Positions 37,407 to 43,710 of a stretch of 43,710 nt of DNA are shown here, piece after piece. Source of the stretch: Cyanobacteria bacterium P01_D01_bin.156. Its GTDB lineage: Bacteria; Cyanobacteriota; Cyanobacteriia; Phormidesmidales; Phormidesmidaceae. The stretch is from NCBI GenBank assembly GCA_039024555.1, contig JBCCQQ010000054.1, forward strand, positions 1 through 43,710. The letters are read 5' to 3'. The translations under genes and the position numbers were made by a program. The notes beneath the pieces are model-generated. The model had not been told where the DNA came from and did no database searches. It saw nothing but the letters and a program-made list of their open reading frames with translations. Each line of letters opens with the position of its first letter. Position 1 is the stretch's first letter.

Positions 37407-39083
37407 ATGACTATTTCTCTATCTGTCCTTAAGCCCGGTCTCAAATTTAATAATCTGCGAGGAGATTTTTTTGGTGGGATCACGGCTGCCATTGTCGCTT
37501 TGCCTCTAGCGTTAGCCTTCGGTGTTGCCTCGGGAGCGGGACCTAGTGCGGGGCTTTATGGTGCCATCTTTGTTGGGTTTTTAGCCGCTCTTTTTGGGGG
37601 AACACCCTCCCAGGTGTCTGGTCCGACTGGTCCGATGACGGTGGTGATGGCATCTACCTTTGCGGCGCTCACAGCGAAACATCCAGAAACTGGGCTGGCG
37701 ATGGCCTTCACGGTGGTGATTTTAGGCGGGCTGTTTCAAATTCTCATGGGGATTTTGCAGCTGGGCAAATATATTACCCTTGTGCCCTATACCGTTATTT
37801 CAGGGTTTATGTCCGGTATTGGGGTGATTATCATCTTGATTCAAATTGGCCCTCTACTCGGACATATGGGGACTGGGGGCGTAATCGCATCGATTCGCCA
37901 ATACCCGGAGATATTTAGCAGCATTGATCCGGTGGCTGCTGGGCTAGGTTTGCTGACCTTGGCCATTGTCTTTGCCGCGCCACCAAAGCTCAATCGTATT
38001 TTGCCTGCGCCCCTCATTGCGCTAGTGCTGTGCACTTTAATCTCGGTGCGTTACTTCCCGAATAGTAGTATTCCTCGTATTGGTGATATTCCTAAAGGTC
38101 TGCCACATTTGCAGATGCCCTACTTGTCTTGGAGCACGCTTACTGAAATGTTGGGCTATAGCCTGATGTTGGGTGTTCTCGGTGCCTTGGACTCACTACT
38201 TACATCGCTGGTAGCCGATAGCATTACCCGTACTCAGCACAATTCTGATCGTGAGTTGATTGGTCAAGGAATTGGTAATTGTGTGGCAGGGCTATTTGGT
38301 GGCTTGCCTGGTGCAGGAGCGACCATGCGCACCGTCATTAATGTGCAAGCTGGGGGCAGAACGAATCTGTCTGGGATGATCCATGCTTTAGTTCTAACAG
38401 TGATTGTCCTGAAGGCAGGGGGGTTGACGGAACCCATTCCCCATGCGGTTTTAGCGGGAATTCTCATCAAGGTTGGTATTGATATCATTGACTGGGGCTT
38501 TCTAAAGCGCGCTCATCGCCTATCGACAAAAGGTGCTGGTCTCATGTATTTGGTGATGGGACTGACCGTTTTTGTGGATTTGATCACGGCTGTTGCTGTA
38601 GGGGTATTCCTAGCTAATCTCCTCACCATTAAGGCGCTGACTGATATCCAAGTAAGGGATATGCGGGCTGTAACCCATGGTGAGAATGAAAACTGGCTGA
38701 CTCCCGCAGAGCGATCGCTACTGAAAGCGGCTAAAGGACGAATCCTCATGTTTCATCTGAGTGGACCTATGAGTTTTGGGGCCGCTAAATCAATTTCTCG
38801 GCAGTTAGCCATTGTCGAAAATTATGAAATTCTGATTTTGGATCTGACGACTGTTCCCAGGCTAGGTGTGACGGCTCTTTTAGCTATTGAAACAATGATT
38901 AAAGATGCCCTAGCTAAACGGCGTGAGGTCTTTCTAGTGGGGGCCCATGGTCAGGTCCAGTCCCGACTCGAACGACTCGATATTCTTCAAAAATTACCGC
39001 CTGATCATCAGGTAGATGAACGAATTGAAGCGCTGGAACGCTCCATGGAATTAATTCATCCCTACATGCCGACAGAGATCTGA
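37407..39083 (+). CDS. SulP/SLC26 anion transporter with STAS domain, BicA-like
   Basis: LRGDFFGGITAAIVALPLALAFGVASG, SGPTGPM, PYTVISGFMSG, DSLLT, ELIGQGIGN, GAGATMRT, C-terminal STAS (GPMSFGAA, ILDLT). Confidence 0.92.
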   Translation: MTISLSVLKPGLKFNNLRGDFFGGITAAIVALPLALAFGVASGAGPSAGLYGAIFVGFLAALFGGTPSQVSGPTGPMTVVMASTFAALTAKHPETGLAMAFTVVILGGLFQILMGILQLGKYITLVPYTVISGFMSGIGVIIILIQIGPLLGHMGTGGVIASIRQYPEIFSSIDPVAAGLGLLTLAIVFAAPPKLNRILPAPLIALVLCTLISVRYFPNSSIPRIGDIPKGLPHLQMPYLSWSTLTEMLGYSLMLGVLGALDSLLTSLVADSITRTQHNSDRELIGQGIGNCVAGLFGGLPGAGATMRTVINVQAGGRTNLSGMIHALVLTVIVLKAGGLTEPIPHAVLAGILIKVGIDIIDWGFLKRAHRLSTKGAGLMYLVMGLTVFVDLITAVAVGVFLANLLTIKALTDIQVRDMRAVTHGENENWLTPAERSLLKAAKGRILMFHLSGPMSFGAAKSISRQLAIVENYEILILDLTTVPRLGVTALLAIETMIKDALAKRREVFLVGAHGQVQSRLERLDILQKLPPDHQVDERIEALERSMELIHPYMPTEI

Positions 39084-39485
39084 GACGATGTTCCAGCTCA
39101 TCTCAGAAAGCTACACGTAGGAAACTAGGCACACTTACGGCTGTGACCAGCTAAATCACAAGGGCTACGCAGCTATCTCTGGTAAGGATTAGCAACGGCT
39201 GAAGAGTTTGCCAAGGGCTTAGCTATTCTTGACATGCATGATATTTATGCATGTTTTTCATATGGCATTGCTGATAGGGATCCACAACCCAGGATTTTAG
39301 AGCAAGATATTAATGGAGATTTACATTTCTAAAGCAATTGGCTAGTGCCATCAGTGCGTTGTGCTCGATTGTTTAGGCTTGAATTAAGGTTAACGCCACG
39401 ACTAGTGGGTTGTTAGGTTTAGTCCATGAGGTAAATTCTCTCAGGGTGGTTTTGCTTTTGATTGTTGGTTAGAGAATCTGTGCTG

Positions 39486-40331
39486 ATGTACAGCCCTAAG
39501 CAGACCTTAGTTGAGACATTCATTAGCTATTTAAAAAATACGTACCATACTGTTTTTGGTAGCAATTCTTGTGAAGGTTCCCAGTTTTTGGAGTCTATTG
39601 CCCGACTGGCATTAGAGACGATTGCCCAGAGTGATGCTCTGTATCACAACCTAGAGCATACGTTGTTGGTCACTTCTGTCGGCCAAGAAATCCTGCAGGC
39701 TAGACGGTTCTGTGAGGGGGGCGATAGCGTAAGTGCCTTAGATTGGTTGCATGTGACAACGGCGTTGCTTTGTCACGACATTGGGTATTGTAAAGGCGTC
39801 TGTGCCGAGGATGATGCTGAACTGGGGCGATATTGTACGGGTTTAGTCGATGACTATGTGTTTTTGCCCTTTGGTGCGACCGATGCTGCTTTAAGTGCAT
39901 ACCATGTCGATCGCAGTAAGCAATTTGTGGAAGAGCATCTTAGGAATACGGCTTTGATTGATGGGGCTATCGTTCAGCAGATTATTGAGCAAACACGCTT
40001 TCCGGCAACGGATATACCCTTGCCAGCTGCTGTTCAAGCCTTAGCTAATATGGGCCGCTCAGCAGATTTAATTGGACAATTTAGCGATCGCAACTACTTA
40101 CAGAAGCTACCTGCCCTCTTTTATGAATTTGAGCAGAATGGCACGAATCGGAGACTGGGTTACCATCACCTCAGTGACGTGAAGTTGGGACTGTCTGAGT
40201 TTTACTGGCAGCGTGTTCATAGCTATGTTGAGGAAGCCATCGAGTGCCTTAAGCACACTCCCAATGGTCAGTGTATTGTTACAGAACTCTTTGCCAACGT
40301 TTCTATGTCTAATACTAATTTGTGCGCCTAG
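39486..40331 (+). CDS. HD-domain metal-dependent phosphohydrolase (Npun_R2479-like)
   Basis: YHNLEHT, LCHDIG, HVDRS, ADLIGQ, LFYEF. Start placed at ATG 39486; the ORF track starts at 39462. Confidence 0.82.
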   Translation: MYSPKQTLVETFISYLKNTYHTVFGSNSCEGSQFLESIARLALETIAQSDALYHNLEHTLLVTSVGQEILQARRFCEGGDSVSALDWLHVTTALLCHDIGYCKGVCAEDDAELGRYCTGLVDDYVFLPFGATDAALSAYHVDRSKQFVEEHLRNTALIDGAIVQQIIEQTRFPATDIPLPAAVQALANMGRSADLIGQFSDRNYLQKLPALFYEFEQNGTNRRLGYHHLSDVKLGLSEFYWQRVHSYVEEAIECLKHTPNGQCIVTELFANVSMSNTNLCA

Positions 40332-40484
40332 TATGCTAACGCTCGGAGAGACTATAGATTCTTAACCAGCCATATATGTTAAGGATTCTCGATGTTTGAG
40401 CTGAATCATGCTCGTATCTTGAAACATCCATAGGCATATCGGCAGAAAGCACATACACTAATGCTGTTCTTATCTGAGAGACCC

Positions 40485-40859
40485 ATGGCTCCACGTGATG
40501 TAAGTACACCTGAAGCAGCTCCTGCTAGTGCCCCTGCCAAAGTAGCCGATCCGACTCCGGAAAAATCTGCCGCCACTGCATCTGACGTAGATACCGATAA
40601 TCTAGATACTATCTTCGCGGCCCTCAAAACCCTGATGACGACAGTGGACAAATTGCAAAAGTCACGTCAGGAAGTGGGGGATATTAAACCTCTGATTATT
40701 CGCATGCTGGATGGGGAGCTACTATCGGGTGATGAACTCGATCAACTCAAGACGGGAGTGAGTGGACTATCTAAGTTGGTTAAAATCTATACCGATTACC
40801 AAACTGCCCTTGAGAAAGCACAGCCTGCTCGAGAGATTTTGGATACTGTCTTAAAGTAG
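40485..40859 (+). CDS. Hypothetical helical protein
   Basis: Ala/Pro-rich N-terminus followed by amphipathic helices. Start likely at ATG 40485; the ORF track starts at 40461. Confidence 0.7.
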   Translation: MAPRDVSTPEAAPASAPAKVADPTPEKSAATASDVDTDNLDTIFAALKTLMTTVDKLQKSRQEVGDIKPLIIRMLDGELLSGDELDQLKTGVSGLSKLVKIYTDYQTALEKAQPAREILDTVLK

Positions 40860-41091
40860 CTCAAAGATCTCTACGACCGGTGTCTTTGGTATCTACGAGT
40901 GAGATGATTAGTCTCTGTCTCATGTGTTTTTATCGGTGTTAGTGCTTGTAGGAAGCGGCTGTAAGCGATATTCCGTTGACACATTGTGAGTATGCTTATG
41001 AGCCATCCCGGTGTTGCTGATCCTTGGGATGATTTCATCTGCAAAATCCAGGTAAATAGTAAGTTCTACAGATCGTTTCATCCCCTAAATC

Positions 41092-41140
41092 AGCACCAAA
41101 AACTTCCCCCATCCCTAAGATAGGGGAAGTTTTTGGTGCT
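41092..41140. terminator. Long perfect inverted repeat between convergent genes, likely bidirectional terminator
   Basis: AGCACCAAAAACTTCCCC (41092-41109) and GGGGAAGTTTTTGGTGCT (41123-41140) form an 18-bp perfect stem. Confidence 0.7.
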
Positions 41141-41221
41141 TTAAGATTCGTGCTGCCAACAAGCCCATAGCTTCAGTATTTAGCTACTGGGAACACAATG
41201 GTTGAGCCTCTATGGGTTAAT

Positions 41222-42550
41222 TCAGTCTTTATTATTTTCCTTCGGCAAACGAGGACTATGAGGAGTCATCAAGACTTTATCGACGCGATTGCCGTCCATA
41301 TCCATCACTTCTACAGTAAAGCCTCGCCATTCAAATCGGTCAGTGGCTTTGGGAATATGCCCTAGTTGATGAATAACTAAGCCTCCAAGTGTGTGGTAGC
41401 TGACGGTTTTGTCGGGCAAGTCATTTAAGTCCAAACAGTGATAAACAGCTTCAATATTCATCATGCCGCCTAGTAGCCAAGAGCCATCATCTCTCTGATA
41501 GGCTTGGTCACTAGGATCATCTAAAGCCGGTGCATCTCCCACTAGGGCTTCGAGAATATCCCATAGGGTGACTAACCCTTGGATGACACCATATTCATCG
41601 ACAACTAAAGCCGTATGCACGCGAGATCGTTTGAATTGTTCTAGCAACGGTAGCGATCGCGATAGTTCAGGAATAACTAACGGCTGCTCTAGACCAATCG
41701 TGAGATCTAGGGGAGCCTTATCCAAAGCACGGTTCAATAAAGAGTTAACACTAATGAGCCCCACACTATTATCTAAATTACCCTGACATACAGGCAGCCG
41801 GCGATAGCGAGTTGCCGCAATTTTGCGCTGATTGGCATCCGGTGTATCTTCTAAATCTAGCCAGACAATATCGGGGCGAGGTGTCATAATTGCTGTGACA
41901 GGACGATCTCCGAGTCGAAAGACCCGCTCCATAATTTCTTTTTCAGTGACCTCCAGGGTGCCTTCTTCAGTTCCCTGCTGAATAAAAGCACGGATTTCTG
42001 CTTCAGTTATGCTGGGGCTATCATCAGGTTGAATATTCAGAAGGCGTACCACCCGGTTGGTGGAAAAACTGAGCAATGCCACGATGGGTGCTGCTAATTT
42101 TGACAGCATTGCCATTGGACCGGCAATTACCATGGCAATTGCTTCCGGCATGGTAAGCGCTAATTGTTTGGGCACCAGCTCTCCCAGAATTAGAGAAAGG
42201 TAGGTAATTATGGCCACTACAAGCGGGAAAGCCAGAGTATCGGCGTAACCTGATAGACCTGGAATGTTGCTTAGCAGCTGTGCTACGGGTGCTGAAAGTG
42301 CCTGCCCGCCAAAGGCACCACTAACAATGCTGATTAAGGTGATGCCGACTTGGACCGTCGAGAAAAAGTTATCGGGTCGTTTAGCGAGTTTAAGAGCAGC
42401 CTGGGCCTTACGATCCCCTTTTCGGGCGGCCTGTTCCAATCGCACCTTACGGGCTGAAACAACCGCCAGTTCAGACATCGCAAAGATACCATTGGCAAGA
42501 ATTAATGCCAGTACAATCAGAATATTCGTGACCATGTGGGCAATCAGCAA
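41222..42550 (-). CDS. CNNM/CorC (hemolysin-family) protein: DUF21-CBS-CBS-CorC_HlyC
   Basis: NGIFAMSELAVVSAR, STVQVGIT, GELVPK, IMTPR, VVDEYG, TLGG, MDGNRVDKV. Confidence 0.93.
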   Translation of the reverse strand: MLIAHMVTNILIVLALILANGIFAMSELAVVSARKVRLEQAARKGDRKAQAALKLAKRPDNFFSTVQVGITLISIVSGAFGGQALSAPVAQLLSNIPGLSGYADTLAFPLVVAIITYLSLILGELVPKQLALTMPEAIAMVIAGPMAMLSKLAAPIVALLSFSTNRVVRLLNIQPDDSPSITEAEIRAFIQQGTEEGTLEVTEKEIMERVFRLGDRPVTAIMTPRPDIVWLDLEDTPDANQRKIAATRYRRLPVCQGNLDNSVGLISVNSLLNRALDKAPLDLTIGLEQPLVIPELSRSLPLLEQFKRSRVHTALVVDEYGVIQGLVTLWDILEALVGDAPALDDPSDQAYQRDDGSWLLGGMMNIEAVYHCLDLNDLPDKTVSYHTLGGLVIHQLGHIPKATDRFEWRGFTVEVMDMDGNRVDKVLMTPHSPRLPKENNKD

Positions 42551-42801
42551 CGCTCAGAGTCTTTATCCTACTATTAGTCGGCTGTTTGCCCTCTGTGGCT
42601 TCTGTCCCCATCTTTGAAACTTACCAGCGTAGACCTCCATTTAGAAAAGAGGCTAATGGTCCTATCGCTATGCAATGAGAGCTATCCGCATTATTTTTTA
42701 TCTGATGTTGTTGCCATCATTCAAACAACAGATAGAGTAATTAGAACCTTTGAGTATCGAGAGCAGACAATTCTAGTCTCTGGAATATGCAATAGTTGTT
42801 G

Positions 42802-43428
42802 CTATTGCATATGTGTATGTTTGAGCCAGTTAATGACTGAGCTAATTGATTGCACCCCATAGTCCGCATATTTGGACCACATAAACTCTCCTATCACGTC
42901 AATATAGACTGTTGCAGTTCCTGCTCGCTGGCCTGCCATTAGATCAAACTTGTAATCTCCCATCATCACAGCTTCAGTGGGGGCTGTCTCCCATGCCTCT
43001 AAGAGTGCAAAAATGCCATCCGGTTCTGGTTTAGGCGCATGACAGTCACGGCTGAGGATGAGATTTGGATTAAAGAAATCTATTAAATTGCAAGCATCTA
43101 GAGTTTCATGGGCAATGTCTTTACCATTGCGAGTCAGGATGGCAATATTTTTGCCTTGCTTAATCAGCAGCTCTAGAAGCTTGTGGGCTCCTGGCTGGGC
43201 AGTGGCTCGGCGGGCAAAATCAAACTCTATTTCCCGGAGCTGTTTTTGTTTGACCTCGGCAATTTCTGGAGGTAGCTGGCGTAAGGATTCTAAAATAGGT
43301 GAACCCGTCGGTAACTCCAAGGCTTCGCGAATAGCTTCAAAATCGTGAATACCAAGGGTTAATGTCCCATCCATGTCAAAAATCCAGCAGCTACGCTTTG
43401 CAAGATTGTCACTACCGGTTAACTGCAT
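42802..43428 (-). CDS. HAD family hydrolase
   Basis: IFDMDGTL motif I, LTRN motif II, PKPEPDG, MGDYKFD. Confidence 0.92.
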   Translation of the reverse strand: MQLTGSDNLAKRSCWIFDMDGTLTLGIHDFEAIREALELPTGSPILESLRQLPPEIAEVKQKQLREIEFDFARRATAQPGAHKLLELLIKQGKNIAILTRNGKDIAHETLDACNLIDFFNPNLILSRDCHAPKPEPDGIFALLEAWETAPTEAVMMGDYKFDLMAGQRAGTATVYIDVIGEFMWSKYADYGVQSISSVINWLKHTHMQ

Positions 43429-43454
43429 ACCTTCGTTTTATTAGGGGTTCTCTG

Positions 43455-43571
43455 TCAGTGTATCTTGAGTAGATGCAGTCTTTTGTTTTTTGGAAATTTC
43501 TGAGTATCTGGTAGATCAACGATATCAAGAGCTATTCTGCGACAGTCAATGCTGAATGTCTGACAGTAAGT
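43455..43571 (-). pseudogene. Possible 3' stump of a gene interrupted by the ISAzo13-family element
   Basis: Open frame TYCQTFSIDCRRIALDIVDLPDTQKFPKNKRLHLLKIH* runs from the IS boundary to a stop 26 bp before the HAD gene; no start codon of its own. Confidence 0.35.
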
Positions 43572-43572
43572 T

Positions 43573-43710
43573 AGGAATAGGGATTTAATAACTTCCAGTT
43601 TTATATTTGTTGTGGTTGAGCAACATAATTCCATTGAGGTAGATAGTCATCGAAGCGAATGGGCATCTGAGCCTTAAACTCATCGGTAGCTTTACGTCCG
43701 GTCTCATAGA
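43573..43710 (-). mobile_element. Right end of an ISAzo13-family insertion sequence (truncated by the window edge)
   Basis: Transposase C-terminus on the minus strand followed by GGAAGTTATTAAATCCCTATTCCT, the putative terminal repeat; exact boundary uncertain by 1-3 bp. Confidence 0.78.
43601..43708 (-). CDS. ISAzo13-family transposase, C-terminal 35 aa (partial)
   Basis: Manual translation YETGRKATDEFKAQMPIRFDDYLPQWNYVAQPQQI*, with the Y.TG.K ... WNY...P pattern of DDE_Tnp_ISAZ013; not in the ORF track. Confidence 0.8.
   Translation of the reverse strand, partial: YETGRKATDEFKAQMPIRFDDYLPQWNYVAQPQQI

Larger units (their letters stand above)
5679..41660. repeat. HIP1 octamers GCGATCGC dispersed through the window
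   Basis: Seen starting at 5679, 6406, 7890, 8088, 9648, 10840, 19591, 24586, 31074, 34511, 36041, 38711, 40084 and 41653 (manual count, may be incomplete). Confidence 0.9.

Noticed and set aside
41069..41130. Glutamine (glnA) riboswitch suggested by ATCGTTTCATC and GGAAGT
   Set aside because: The required GACGGAAGTA/GAAGGAACG pairing is absent and there is no downstream plus-strand gene; the region is explained by the long inverted repeat.
1..43710. Whole window as a composite transposon bounded by IS elements
   Set aside because: The two ends belong to different IS families and the interior is full of core genes; assembly breaks at repeats explain it better.
1..43710. CRISPR array, rRNA, prophage or integrase
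   Set aside because: No regularly spaced short direct repeats, rRNA signatures or phage/integrase ORFs seen. ruvC is the stand-alone resolvase, not a Cas or TnpB RuvC domain.

Overview
Chromosomal segment of a cyanobacterium. Evidence: at least 14 HIP1 GCGATCGC octamers, chlI, cyanobacteriochrome GAF domains, a ycf29/Rre1-type regulator, COP23 and a BicA-family transporter. Both ends run into insertion sequences missed by the ORF track, an IS630-family 3' end at 1-140 and an ISAzo13-family 3' end at about 43573-43710, and each appears to have cut a host gene. Housekeeping genes (dxr, argG, ruvC, chlI, msrP, cysteine synthase, 1-Cys peroxiredoxin, radC, CNNM/CorC protein, HAD hydrolase) surround two accessory blocks. 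The first is a sulfatase-like/lgt/phosphodiesterase trio with non-canonical catalytic motifs (1765-5824). The second, and the most interesting, is an 11 kb tightly coupled operon (12157-23115): PAS-PAS-GGDEF-EAL, a receiver protein with a His-less DHp-like tail, a membrane protein resembling an AAA_35 C-terminus without the ATPase, CheW, an MCP with four DXCF cyanobacteriochrome GAFs and a degenerate signalling tip, and a CheA-REC hybrid. It lacks the PatA/CheY (PixG/PixH) pair typical of cyanobacterial taxis clusters, which suggests a light-controlled chemosensory system wired to c-di-GMP (inference). No rRNA, tRNA or CRISPR array was seen. All family assignments come from motif recognition by eye, not database searches.
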